DNA of 64,000 bases from an uncultured Gemmatimonadota bacterium. GTDB lineage: Bacteria; JAAXHH01. The notes below the pieces were generated by a model. That model saw only the letters and a program-made list of their open reading frames with translations. It did no database searches and was not told the origin of the DNA. The stretch is taken from the NCBI GenBank assembly GCA_964593235.1, contig CAZQGS010000039.1, positions 44,394-108,393 on the forward strand. The letters run 5' to 3'. This document shows positions 40,454 through 50,807 of this stretch, piece by piece; positions within the stretch are counted from its first letter, which is position 1; every line of letters begins with the position of its first letter. Both the position numbers and the translations under genes were made by a program.

Positions 40454-42883
40454 TCAAAATACCTGACCAAGCTGAAAATGAGTATGCCATCCACTTCGTG
40501 ATTGTTGTAAAGCTTGGACTGGGTCTGAAGGTTTATTAAATCCGTAGCCTACATCAAATCCCAATAGCCCTACAAGGGGCATCACGACACGAACGCCAAG
40601 TCCTACTGATTTCTTCATATTACTAGGTATAGGTGATGCTTGCGATAGTTCTTCCCAAGCGTTACCAGCTTCAAGAAAAGCTACTGCATAAACAGGTTGC
40701 TGAGATTTTAGTTGATCGATAATCGGCACTTGATATTCCAAAGTAAGAATACTCATGACCCTACCACCATCCCGACTACTGGTACCATCTCCTAATTCAG
40801 TATAAGGACCCACTGAATTGTTCCCATAGCCACGAATCAGCCCGTCAAAACTGACTCCCCCAGGAAAAAAGCGTTCAAAAAATGGTACCTCTCTATCATT
40901 AAATGGGTTCAATGCCAAAGCATATCGTCCTTTAAAAGAAACCGATGTACCCTTAAAAACTGGTATATAATACGATGACTCCAAGGTCTGCTTTAAATAT
41001 TTGACGTCCCCTCCTACACCTGCTACATCAGTCCGGATTGTATGGCGCATCCCTTTGGTAGCAAATTGGGGAAAATTACGACTATCCCGGGTTACTCCAA
41101 AGGATATCTGGCTGGTTAGACCACTGTTAGATATAAGTGATTCTCGCTGTTCTATGTTTCCATTAATAGCTTTTATTTGTGCATCGGTTAGGGTAGTATC
41201 TTCTAATGCAGACGCAAAATAACGTTCACCAAAACCACTATAATTTAAATCGAAAAATCTATAAGACCCATTGATACGCCAGTAAGTTCCACGGAAACGT
41301 CTTCCCATCGAAACTCCAAAGCCCTGTTGAATGATATTAAATTGTCTGAACCAATGTCTATTAGTTCGAAATATATCGATTCCAGCACTGGTAGGCGTAT
41401 CAAATAACCAGGGTTCTACAAAACTGGCCGAAATTGAATTACGCCTATTTCCAAACTCCCAATTGAAATTTAAATTCTGTCCGTTACCTAGAAAATTAGG
41501 CACTATCATAGAAATAGTACCTACAAGGCCATCGAGCCCACTATACCCTCCTCCAGCGTTTGCAGTTCCAGTAGGTTTCTCAAGAACTGTAAACGAAATA
41601 TCTACATCGCCATTGGGTAGGGGTTGAAGGCTAGGTTGAACATCTTGAAAGTAATTTAGCTGAAATACATCTCGTTGACTCCTCATTAATAAAGATCTAC
41701 GGAAAACCTGGCCAGGTTTTATTAAAAGTTCCCGCCGAATCACCTTATCTTTAGTTTTAGTATTACCTAAGATATCAATACGATGTACCTTGGCCGGCTC
41801 TCCTTCGTTAACTGCAAAATTCAAGTTGATTGTAGAATCGTTAACCGCGGTTTCCCTTGCTACTGGGGTAGCATAAAGGTAGCCCAATTCTCCATAAGCT
41901 TCATATATAGTCGAAATACTCTCTTGGTATTCTTCTTCGTTAAAAGGCCTGCCAGTATCGATTTTGATTAGACTCGACAATTGGTCACTTGTAAACTTGG
42001 TGTTCCCTTCAAAATTAACCTCTCCAAGATAATATTTCTTTCCCTCATTAATTTTAATTTTGAGGTACATTCGTTTCCCATCATCACTAAACCACAAAGT
42101 ACCCTCCCCAACCTTGGCATCACGAAAACCATATTTGCGGTATTCCTGAACTATTTTTTCAAATTGATCCAACAACCGTTCTCTTCTCAGGTCGCCCTCT
42201 TTCCAAAAATGTTCCTCCTCTGTATCCGACTTTTCACGAAATGCTTTTTGCAAAAGTTTTTCTTCAACTGAAGTATTGTTTTCTACAAAAATTTCGCCCA
42301 ACTTAACTTTTTCACCTTCCTCAATTTCTACCCGCATTATAGCATTATTTCTTTCCACAAGTACTCGAATATCAATTGTTACGAGGAGGTAACCCTTTTC
42401 GTAATAGGCTTGCGTAAGATTATCCTCAACACTTTTTTTGCGGAAGGGACTTAATGCCTGCCCCTGGAATATACCTGATAACCGGTCAAGCTCGTCATCC
42501 TTAAGTTTTTTATTACCATTAAACTCAATTCGGTCTAACAATGGATATTCTTTAACATTTACTGTTACTACAAGACCGTTAGCTGCCATCCCTACATATA
42601 TACGTATATCTTCGAACAAACCTAACCGGTAAAGTTGTTTGATGGTAGTGGCACCATCCCGTGGGTTATATGGATTACCAACTTTAAGGGCGATCATTGA
42701 TTGAATTAGGGGTTCATCAACATTGGCATGGCCCTCGATAAGTATGCTGCCAATCAACGGTTGTTGTTGTTGTTGTCCAAATCCATTGCTGGGGGTTAGG
42801 ATAGTACTACATATCCCCACCACCCAAAAAAGTATTAGGCAGGATTTAACGTACCTGGAAAAAAATTGAGACACAGAGAACAC
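40454..42883 (-). CDS. bamA: outer membrane protein assembly factor BamA
   Basis: 809 aa ORF. Signal peptide, five POTRA-like repeats, and a C-terminal Omp85 beta-barrel ending in an aromatic residue (…LGQVF). Confidence 0.85.
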   Translation of the reverse strand: MFSVSQFFSRYVKSCLILFWVVGICSTILTPSNGFGQQQQQPLIGSILIEGHANVDEPLIQSMIALKVGNPYNPRDGATTIKQLYRLGLFEDIRIYVGMAANGLVVTVNVKEYPLLDRIEFNGNKKLKDDELDRLSGIFQGQALSPFRKKSVEDNLTQAYYEKGYLLVTIDIRVLVERNNAIMRVEIEEGEKVKLGEIFVENNTSVEEKLLQKAFREKSDTEEEHFWKEGDLRRERLLDQFEKIVQEYRKYGFRDAKVGEGTLWFSDDGKRMYLKIKINEGKKYYLGEVNFEGNTKFTSDQLSSLIKIDTGRPFNEEEYQESISTIYEAYGELGYLYATPVARETAVNDSTINLNFAVNEGEPAKVHRIDILGNTKTKDKVIRRELLIKPGQVFRRSLLMRSQRDVFQLNYFQDVQPSLQPLPNGDVDISFTVLEKPTGTANAGGGYSGLDGLVGTISMIVPNFLGNGQNLNFNWEFGNRRNSISASFVEPWLFDTPTSAGIDIFRTNRHWFRQFNIIQQGFGVSMGRRFRGTYWRINGSYRFFDLNYSGFGERYFASALEDTTLTDAQIKAINGNIEQRESLISNSGLTSQISFGVTRDSRNFPQFATKGMRHTIRTDVAGVGGDVKYLKQTLESSYYIPVFKGTSVSFKGRYALALNPFNDREVPFFERFFPGGVSFDGLIRGYGNNSVGPYTELGDGTSSRDGGRVMSILTLEYQVPIIDQLKSQQPVYAVAFLEAGNAWEELSQASPIPSNMKKSVGLGVRVVMPLVGLLGFDVGYGFNKPSDPVQALQQSRSGWHTHFQLGQVF

Positions 42884-43022
42884 TTTCTAATTATTCTGGT
42901 TAATTAGGGCTGCAAATGTCGCCCTAGGTACAATACTCCTTGGAAATTCCATCCATGACTTCTATACACGTTTCAAAATACTCTAGATCAATCTAGGGGG
43001 AACTACAATCAGACTGCCAAAC

Positions 43023-45497
43023 TCATACTTCTGACTCAGAAAGAACAGGAGTTTTATTTGATGCTGAGCGCTCTGATTTATAGAACGTCAAGTTATCTCC
43101 CTTCTTCCCTACCCTAATTTCGTCGCCATCATTGAACTTCCCTTTTAATAATTCTTCAGCGAGAGGATCTTCAAGCATACGTTGAATCGTTTGATTCATA
43201 AATCTCGCGTTATAAATTGGATCATATCCTTTTTCTGACAAAAGATCTTGAGCACTCTGTGTCAAAGAAATAGTTATGCCCCGATCTGCCATTCTTACGT
43301 TGATCTCTTTAAGCTGAAGTTCAATAATTCGAGAAATATCTGATTGATCCAGTTGACGGAAAACTAACGACTCATCTAACCTATTTAAGAACTCAGGGTT
43401 AAAAAGCTGTTTAACCTCTTCTTTGACTTTAGCCTCCATCTTCGCAAAATCAACATTGGAACCATCCTGTTGAAAACCAATCCCACCAGCCTTTTTTATA
43501 TCTCGGGTGCCTAAGTTTGATGTCATGATTATTATGGTATTACGAAAATCTACACGCCGCCCATTACTATCGGTCAAAGTCCCTTCATCTAAAATCTGCA
43601 GAAGAATATTGAAAACATCAGGATGAGCTTTTTCTACCTCGTCCAAAAGAATAACTGAGTACGGTTTCCGCCGTACTTTCTCTGATAAATGCCCACCCTC
43701 GTTGAATCCAACATAACCCGGAGGAGCACCAATCAACCTAGAAACATTGAACTTTTCCATATATTCTGACATGTCGATAAAAACCAGAGCTTCGTTATCC
43801 TGAAAAAGTAGAGATGATAGAACTTTGGCTAGTTGAGTCTTACCCACCCCAGTTGGACCAAGAAAAAGGAAAGAACCAATGGGGCGATTGGGATTTTTCA
43901 ATCCAGAACGTGACCGTCGAATTGCTTTACTTAGAACCCGGATCGCCCTATCCTGGCCAATAATAGATTTTTTAAGTTCCTCTTCCATCCCCAATAGGTT
44001 TCTAGATTCGTGTTCTTCTAGCCGGAACAGAGGAATTCCTGTCATACTAGAAATAATCTGAGCCATATCGTTTTCTGTTACTGTTACAACCTGCTCGTTT
44101 GCTTTCTCCCGCCATGCCATAAAGGATTGATCATACTCGCGCTGGAGCTCTTCCTGCCTATCGCGCAAAGCTGCGGCCCGTTCAAACTCCTGTTGCTGGG
44201 CTGCCCCCACCTTCTTATCCTGAATAGCTTTAAGTTGTCCTTCTATATCTCGAATCTCGTCAGGAACCGTCATCTTCGACAGTTGGGCCCTCGACCCTGC
44301 TTCGTCAATAATATCTATTGCCTTGTCAGGTAAAAATCGGTCCTTAATATACCGATCAGATTGTTTGACTGCGAACTCTAAGGCGTCATCCGTATATTTG
44401 ACGTGATGGTAATCTTCAAATCGTATCCGTAATCCCTTAAGCATATCTATTGTTTCATCAATGCTTGGTTGATCAACAATAACTTTTTGAAATCGACGTT
44501 CAAGAGCACCATCTTTTTCGATATGCTTTCGGTACTCATCAAGGGTTGTTGCTCCAATGCATTGGAGTTCACCTCTGGCAAGAGCTGGTTTAAAAATATT
44601 TGAAGCATCAAGACTTCCCTCTGCACCTCCAGCACCTACAATAGAGTGTAGTTCGTCTATAAAAATGATAACATCATCCGATTTGGTTATCTCTGCCGTG
44701 ATTGATTTTAAACGATCTTCAAATTGGCCACGATATTTCGTCCCAGCTACTATGGAAGCCATGTCGAGAGTAATAACTCTTTTATTTTCTAAAATCTGGG
44801 GCACGCTTCGCTGAATAATCCGCTGGGCAAGCCCTTCGGCTATTGCTGTTTTACCCACCCCTGGCTCACCAATCAATGCTGGATTGTTTTTCTTCCGGCG
44901 GCTAAGGATCTGAGTAACCCTTTCGATTTCCTTCTCACGTCCAATTACTGGATCTAATTCACCGCTTCGTGCCATTTCAGTAAGGTCTCGGCCAAAATGA
45001 TCAAGAAAGGGAGTCCGACTACGTTGCTCTTCCTTTTTCGTCACAGACCGATCACTTTGGATATTTTGAATTTCTTCCTTGATCTTCTCGAAGGTGACAT
45101 CATAAGTAGAAAGGATTTGAGAGGCGATTCCTTGTTTATCACGTACTAACGCAAGTAAAAGATGTTCAGTACCAACAAACTTTGATTTCATACCGTTAGC
45201 CTCGTGGGCCGCGATCTCAAGAGCCTGCTTCGCCCGTGGGGTGAAAGGAACCTGCCCTATCGTTAACGCGTTTGATTGAGACACGGTAGCTTCCTCTATT
45301 GCTTGGCGAAGATCTTCAAGATCGATCCCCATATTCCTTAGCATTGCTGCCGCTGTTCCTTCGCTATCTTGGATAAAAGCTAATAATAAATGCTCCGTAG
45401 CGATATAGTCGTGTTGAAGTCTCGCGGCTTCTTCACGAGCAATGTGCATGACGCGCTTGAACCTTTCTGTAAACTTATTGTTACTTCCCTGATTCAT
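43023..45497 (-). CDS. clpC: ATP-dependent Clp protease ATP-binding subunit ClpC (class III stress ATPase)
   Basis: 824 aa ORF. Two Clp-N repeats, Walker A GEPGVGKT, an embedded UVR-like coiled-coil, a second AAA+ with GPTGVGKT, and the sensor-2 region. Confidence 0.9.
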   Translation of the reverse strand: MNQGSNNKFTERFKRVMHIAREEAARLQHDYIATEHLLLAFIQDSEGTAAAMLRNMGIDLEDLRQAIEEATVSQSNALTIGQVPFTPRAKQALEIAAHEANGMKSKFVGTEHLLLALVRDKQGIASQILSTYDVTFEKIKEEIQNIQSDRSVTKKEEQRSRTPFLDHFGRDLTEMARSGELDPVIGREKEIERVTQILSRRKKNNPALIGEPGVGKTAIAEGLAQRIIQRSVPQILENKRVITLDMASIVAGTKYRGQFEDRLKSITAEITKSDDVIIFIDELHSIVGAGGAEGSLDASNIFKPALARGELQCIGATTLDEYRKHIEKDGALERRFQKVIVDQPSIDETIDMLKGLRIRFEDYHHVKYTDDALEFAVKQSDRYIKDRFLPDKAIDIIDEAGSRAQLSKMTVPDEIRDIEGQLKAIQDKKVGAAQQQEFERAAALRDRQEELQREYDQSFMAWREKANEQVVTVTENDMAQIISSMTGIPLFRLEEHESRNLLGMEEELKKSIIGQDRAIRVLSKAIRRSRSGLKNPNRPIGSFLFLGPTGVGKTQLAKVLSSLLFQDNEALVFIDMSEYMEKFNVSRLIGAPPGYVGFNEGGHLSEKVRRKPYSVILLDEVEKAHPDVFNILLQILDEGTLTDSNGRRVDFRNTIIIMTSNLGTRDIKKAGGIGFQQDGSNVDFAKMEAKVKEEVKQLFNPEFLNRLDESLVFRQLDQSDISRIIELQLKEINVRMADRGITISLTQSAQDLLSEKGYDPIYNARFMNQTIQRMLEDPLAEELLKGKFNDGDEIRVGKKGDNLTFYKSERSASNKTPVLSESEV

Positions 45498-45570
45498 TTC
45501 GGTCTTCCTCCCCTTACCATCTCTTTCATTTATAGACGTGATAATTATAATTATATTAATCGAAATTACT

Positions 45571-46638
45571 TTATAATCCCATGTTTTCCCTTATTAGTTT
45601 AGCACGCTGCTCTTCAAGTTCTTCTCCCGGCAAGTAGCAACCACTAGTCAGCTGTAAATGGGCTGGCTGAATTGAAATTAATAACCGGTTAAAAATAGTT
45701 GCATCAATACTATGGTTAAGACCTAAGTATGTACCCATTCTAAGTACAGAAAGGGAAGCTAAGGCTTCACTCTCACCCAGGAGCTGGGCGTTGGTTAACA
45801 AACCAAATGCCCGAGCTACTCTATCTTCGGTTTGGAGCCTTTTCTGACTGATTAAAGCTTCACAGACGCGTTTCTCGTAACCAGCTAATCGCCGGACTAC
45901 TCGATCTAACCTTGTAACTATTTGGTCTTCGGTGTAACCAAGCGTCCACTGATTGGAGACTTGATACAAATTCCCTGCTTTTCCTGTACCCTCACCGTAC
46001 AAGCCTCGGACTGTAAATCCTATTTCCTCAAGAGCCTGGCCCACATGAGCCATCTGACCCCCTAGAGTTAACCCCGGAAGGTGAATTAGGACAGAAAGGC
46101 GCATGCCTGTCCCTGTATTACTTGGACAAGCTGTGAGATAACCAAAATCATCTGAGAACGCAAAATCAAGTGTTTTACTCAACTCGGTATCGATTCTGTC
46201 TGCTTTTTGCCAGGCAGCTCGTACCTGTAATCCCCCTAATATTGTCTGAAGCCTAAGGTGATCTTCCTCATTAACCATTAAACTGTAGGTTTCGCCGGGG
46301 CCAACAAAAACTCCGGCGGGACGAGTCCCACTAGCTAATGCTGGACTTATGAGACGCCTTTCGACTAACATCTGTCGGTCTAATTCTGAAGTATCTAATA
46401 AAGAAAGGTATATGGATTGGTCTACATTGTTACTTCCTTGAACGGCCTTATCAACTTGTTCAATGACCCGATTTCGTTCATTTTTAATCGTTCGATGTAC
46501 AAAGGGTAAAGTAGTCAGGTTGCGAGCTAACCTTGCCCGGCTACTAACTACAAGATCAGCAGGCTCACCATCTGGCCCGCACCACTTAGGCAAAGATTTT
46601 ACCAAATCAGAATATAAATTTTTCACGTTGTTATCCAA
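45571..46638 (-). CDS. mcsB: protein arginine kinase McsB (ATP:guanido phosphotransferase)
   Basis: Phosphagen-kinase active-site motif CPSNTGTGMR. 355 aa. 16-nt overlap with the upstream mcsA-like gene. Confidence 0.85.
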   Translation of the reverse strand: MDNNVKNLYSDLVKSLPKWCGPDGEPADLVVSSRARLARNLTTLPFVHRTIKNERNRVIEQVDKAVQGSNNVDQSIYLSLLDTSELDRQMLVERRLISPALASGTRPAGVFVGPGETYSLMVNEEDHLRLQTILGGLQVRAAWQKADRIDTELSKTLDFAFSDDFGYLTACPSNTGTGMRLSVLIHLPGLTLGGQMAHVGQALEEIGFTVRGLYGEGTGKAGNLYQVSNQWTLGYTEDQIVTRLDRVVRRLAGYEKRVCEALISQKRLQTEDRVARAFGLLTNAQLLGESEALASLSVLRMGTYLGLNHSIDATIFNRLLISIQPAHLQLTSGCYLPGEELEEQRAKLIRENMGL

Positions 46639-46955
46639 GCATCTTGGGATGCCATTCCTGTACCCCGCTCTATCTCATTTATACGATCTCGAATTTCAGC
46701 AGCTTGCTCATAGGATTCCTGGCTAACAGCTTTCTTTAGTGCCCGTCTAAGATCTATAAGAGTACGACTAGTTTGTTGTTTTGAAGGATCGGTGACCGGC
46801 ACCTTCCCCCGGTGAATATCATGACCATGAACCTGTTTAAAAAGTGGCACCAGGGTTTCCTTAAAAAATTTGTAACAGACAGCACATCCTAACTGACCTG
46901 ATTCACCAAATTCAGCTGCTGACATTCCACATTGGGGACAGTTTGTCGAGTTCAT
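46623..46955 (-). CDS. mcsA: McsA-like activator (zinc-finger + UvrB/UvrC-motif protein)
   Basis: 110 aa ORF. CPQCG...CAVC zinc-ribbon pairs and a C-terminal UVR motif (ESYEQAAEIRDRINEIE). Confidence 0.6.
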   Translation of the reverse strand: MNSTNCPQCGMSAAEFGESGQLGCAVCYKFFKETLVPLFKQVHGHDIHRGKVPVTDPSKQQTSRTLIDLRRALKKAVSQESYEQAAEIRDRINEIERGTGMASQDAWITT

Positions 46956-46964
46956 GCTCCGTAC

Positions 46965-47714
46965 CTATGCTGCAACAGAGGTCAACAGACCATCTTCCAG
47001 GCAATAGACCCTATCTGATCGAGACCCAATAGCTTCATCATGGGTGACTACAACAAATGCTTGCTCATACCGACTAGACATATCCCACATCAAGTCTAAT
47101 AAAGCACTTCCATTATCACGGTCTAGTTTACCCGATGGTTCGTCTGCTAGTATAATACTAGGACGACTTACCAAGGCTCGAGCAACAGATACTCGCTGCT
47201 GTTCTCCCCCTGACATCTCTTCAGGTTTGTGTGCTAACCGATTCTGTAACCCAACGTCAAATAACAAAACTTCAGCTCGTTCACGGGCCTCTTCCCACAA
47301 ACATCCCCCGACTAAGAGAGGCATCATAACATTTTCAAGAGCTGTAAACTCTGGGAGTAAATAATGAGATTGAAATACAAAGCCTACAGTTCGGTTTCTA
47401 AATGTAGCTAGCTGGTCTTCTGGCAGATCAAAAACATTAGTATCTCCAATAAAAACTTCGCCTGACGTCGGCTTATCAAGTGTTCCAAGAATATGTAGCA
47501 GAGTACTTTTCCCAGCCCCAGAAGCACCTTGAATTGTTACTATTTCTCCTCGACGGATATCAATGTTAATTCCCTTCAAAATATCTAGACGATTAGTACT
47601 ATTCGAAAAGCTCTTTGTTAATCCTCTTGATTTCAACACATTAAGCGATGAAGTCCTCTCAAAACCATAATCTCCGGAAGTTTTATTTTTTTTTATTGAC
47701 CTTGTACTACTCAT
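46965..47714 (-). CDS. lolD: lipoprotein-releasing ABC transporter ATP-binding protein
   Basis: Walker A GASGAGKST, ABC signature LSGGEQQR and Walker B ILADEP. Start chosen at ATG 47714, which overlaps the lolC/E stop (CATGAGTAG). Confidence 0.8.
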   Translation of the reverse strand: MSSTRSIKKNKTSGDYGFERTSSLNVLKSRGLTKSFSNSTNRLDILKGINIDIRRGEIVTIQGASGAGKSTLLHILGTLDKPTSGEVFIGDTNVFDLPEDQLATFRNRTVGFVFQSHYLLPEFTALENVMMPLLVGGCLWEEARERAEVLLFDVGLQNRLAHKPEEMSGGEQQRVSVARALVSRPSIILADEPSGKLDRDNGSALLDLMWDMSSRYEQAFVVVTHDEAIGSRSDRVYCLEDGLLTSVAA

Positions 47715-49032
47715 GACGAATCGCCTCAACTGGAACCAGGCCTGCAGCTTTTCTAGCTGGATAAATTGCCGCTAATACACAAATTAACATAGACCCTATA
47801 GCTACACTAACAAAATCAATTAGGTTGATTTTAACCGGAAGAGCATCAATAAGGTAAATCTCAGCTGGCAACGAAATCAATGCAAAAGTCATCTGTATCC
47901 AGCAAAGACCATATCCAATAACACATCCCAGTAGAGTCCCTATAATTCCTACGATAGAACCCTGAATAATAAAAACCTTAGTTATACCGATGGAGGTAGC
48001 TCCCATAGACTTAAGTATACCGATATCTCTAGTTTTTTCTAATACCACCATAATCAGAGTACTAGCTATGTTAAACGCTGCTACTAAAACTATTAAATTC
48101 AGAATTGCAAACGAGCCCCATTTCTCAAGGGTCATCCATCGGAATAAACCTTTATGTTGCTGCATCCAGTCTACCGTAAAATACGCGACTGGGGCCCCTG
48201 ACGCAATAGGTGTTTCTTCCTGACCATCAAGGAAGTGATTGAGATCCTGTTCGATCAAGTCACCTAGACGTCGTGCTTCCTCCCGGTCGGAAATTTTTAC
48301 AGCGATTCCATTGACTCCACTCCCTAGTTTGAATAATTTTTGGGCTTCATCCAAACTAATGTAAACCGAGGTTGCATCATATTCGAAAAACCCAGTTTCA
48401 GAAATCCCAGTTACCATGTATGGTCGAATGTAGGGAGTCAATGGTGACGTTAGTGACAACCCTTGAATATTGCCCAAAGCAATCCGATCACCAACAATAG
48501 CACCGAGTTGATCTGCCAGTCCCCTTCCAAGGACAACACCAGCTATTGGCTGATTTTCTACCTGGCTGCTATCTGTAACAAATCCGAGATCGGCCCTTCC
48601 AAAAACAATATTTTCAATCAGGTTCGTCGCTATACGCCCAGAGTTGATATCAATCCCATGAACCATGACTCCGGCTGTAGAATTCCTTTTGACTGGCACT
48701 GAGGTACAAAATGCCTTTTCTAAAACATACGGAGCTGCTGACACCACTCCCTCTATTAAGAGAATACGTTGAATTAGTTGATCATAATTGATTATAGGCT
48801 GCTCTCGATAAAGCGAATACACGTTAATATGAGCCCGTTGTCCAACAATGCGTTCCCGAACCTCACTTTCGAAACCATTAAATAGTGAGAGAACTATAAC
48901 TAATGCAGATACTCCGACCAGGACTCCGCCTACAGATATGTAAGTGATAATGGATACAAAACGAGTTTGCCGCTTTGAACGAAGGTATCGGACAGCAATA
49001 AACCATTCGTATGACCATGAATCTAAAGCCAT
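47707..49032 (-). CDS. lolC: lipoprotein-releasing system permease (LolC/LolE, FtsX-like)
   Basis: 441 aa ORF. N-terminal TM, a large periplasmic domain, and a C-terminal FtsX-type 3-TM bundle. Confidence 0.8.
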   Translation of the reverse strand: MALDSWSYEWFIAVRYLRSKRQTRFVSIITYISVGGVLVGVSALVIVLSLFNGFESEVRERIVGQRAHINVYSLYREQPIINYDQLIQRILLIEGVVSAAPYVLEKAFCTSVPVKRNSTAGVMVHGIDINSGRIATNLIENIVFGRADLGFVTDSSQVENQPIAGVVLGRGLADQLGAIVGDRIALGNIQGLSLTSPLTPYIRPYMVTGISETGFFEYDATSVYISLDEAQKLFKLGSGVNGIAVKISDREEARRLGDLIEQDLNHFLDGQEETPIASGAPVAYFTVDWMQQHKGLFRWMTLEKWGSFAILNLIVLVAAFNIASTLIMVVLEKTRDIGILKSMGATSIGITKVFIIQGSIVGIIGTLLGCVIGYGLCWIQMTFALISLPAEIYLIDALPVKINLIDFVSVAIGSMLICVLAAIYPARKAAGLVPVEAIRHE

Positions 49033-49099
49033 TCTGTATCCCTAGCTTATAAACATCTTGAAATTAGGATCCTTCTTCCCACTCATCGAATTTATTTTC

Positions 49100-50623
49100 T
49101 CATTTACTACTGTCTAAATAACCATCCGAAGAGTTCCCCTCACTTAATTCATTATCAAAAGATTCCTTACGTAGATGTGGAAACAGAAGAACATCTTTTA
49201 TATTAGCAGAGTCTGTTATTAGCATGGCTAAACGATCAATTCCTAAACCGCAACCACCCGTCGGAGGCATGCCATATTCCATCGCTCGTAAAAAATCTTC
49301 ATCCATGGAATGAGCTTCACCATCACCCTTCTTTTGCATTTCTACTTGCTGCTCAAAACGGTGACGTTGATCTATCGGATCGTTTAACTCAGAAAAGGCA
49401 TTAGCAAATTCACTACCACATATGAAGAGTTCGAATCGTTCTGTCAGATCAGGGTTATCTTTTCGCCGCTTAGCCAGAGGAGACATTTCTACCGGATAAT
49501 CAGTAATAAAGGTGGGATTAACAAGATGTTCCTGGACATAATTTTCAAAAAGCTCATCTATAATTTTACCAAAACCCATCGTTAGGTTTATATCAAGTTC
49601 TCGCTCCTTACAAATAGAAACTAAGTCCTCATTAGTCATATCAACTATGTCTATACCGGTATGTTCGCGAATAGCATCGAGCATAGATATTCGGGGCCAC
49701 GGTGGAGTAATATCAATAGCCGTGCCCTGATACGTGTGGCTCAGTGAACCATTAACATCCTGAAAAATAGCAACAAAAAGGTTTTCAACAAGATCCATTA
49801 TGTATTGGTAATCAACATACGCTATATAGAACTCCATCATAGTAAATTCAGGGTTATGAGTCCGGTCAATCCCTTCGTTCCTAAAATCATGACCAATTTC
49901 GTAAACACGTTCCATGCCACCTACAACCAATCGTTTAAGATACAATTCATCAGCGATTCGCATAAAAAGAGGCATATCTAGAGCCTGGTGATATGTCTTA
50001 AAAGGTTTTGCTAATGCACCTCCATAAAGAGGTTGGAGGATAGGTGTCTCTACTTCTATAAATCCCTCAGCATCCATGAACTGCTGAATTGATCTTATAA
50101 GGCGAGACCGCTTAAGAAAAACCTCCTTAACTTCAGGATTGATTATCAGATCAACATATCGCTGCCGATATCTGGTTTCGATATCCCGGAGTCCATGCCA
50201 TTTTTCAGGCAGTGGCCGAAGTGACTTAGATAGCAATATTAACTCATCAACTTTAACGGTTATTTCTCCAGTTCGGGTTTTAAACACTGTACCCTTGACA
50301 CCCACGAAATCCCCGACTTCGATAAACTGATCATATAATTCAAAATTTTCAGATCCAAGTCTATCAAAACGGACATAGATCTGGATTTTACCTGTCCGGT
50401 CAAGAAGGTGGCCAAAGCTTGACTTTCCATGCCCACGCTTGGATAGAATTCTCCCAGCTATTGTGACTGGGTTCTCGGAATCAATTAAGTCCTCAGCCTG
50501 GTTAAGTATTGACTCTGCTGGATGTGAAACATCAAAGCTTACAGGGTACGGATCAATTCCACGACCACGCAGTTCGTTGAGTTTATTATGTCGTTGTTTG
50601 TTAATTTCGCTTGGGCTGGTCAC
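49100..50623 (-). CDS. lysS: lysine--tRNA ligase (class II)
   Basis: N-terminal OB-fold anticodon-binding domain. Class II motifs FRNEGIDRTHNPEFTMMEFY and GGCGLGIDRL. Confidence 0.9.
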   Translation of the reverse strand: MTSPSEINKQRHNKLNELRGRGIDPYPVSFDVSHPAESILNQAEDLIDSENPVTIAGRILSKRGHGKSSFGHLLDRTGKIQIYVRFDRLGSENFELYDQFIEVGDFVGVKGTVFKTRTGEITVKVDELILLSKSLRPLPEKWHGLRDIETRYRQRYVDLIINPEVKEVFLKRSRLIRSIQQFMDAEGFIEVETPILQPLYGGALAKPFKTYHQALDMPLFMRIADELYLKRLVVGGMERVYEIGHDFRNEGIDRTHNPEFTMMEFYIAYVDYQYIMDLVENLFVAIFQDVNGSLSHTYQGTAIDITPPWPRISMLDAIREHTGIDIVDMTNEDLVSICKERELDINLTMGFGKIIDELFENYVQEHLVNPTFITDYPVEMSPLAKRRKDNPDLTERFELFICGSEFANAFSELNDPIDQRHRFEQQVEMQKKGDGEAHSMDEDFLRAMEYGMPPTGGCGLGIDRLAMLITDSANIKDVLLFPHLRKESFDNELSEGNSSDGYLDSSK

Positions 50624-50807
50624 CCACTGCTCCGGAGGTCTGGTGTTTGTTATTGTATCTGTGAAGGTGCTGCCTTGTCAATCTCGCAATCACCTCGTCA
50701 AAATAGGTCAACACGGGCATAAAATATAGCTACTTTATGTCTAAATGTCAACTAAAAAGGTCTATCCTCCAGAGAGGACTGTATTGGGGAATTTATTGAA
50801 TAGTAAT

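Noticed and set aside
42916-42937. 6-bp hairpin tagggc...gcccta between bamA and clpC
   Set aside because: The stem is short, the loop is 10 nt, and there is no U-tract on either strand. It is not convincing as a terminator.
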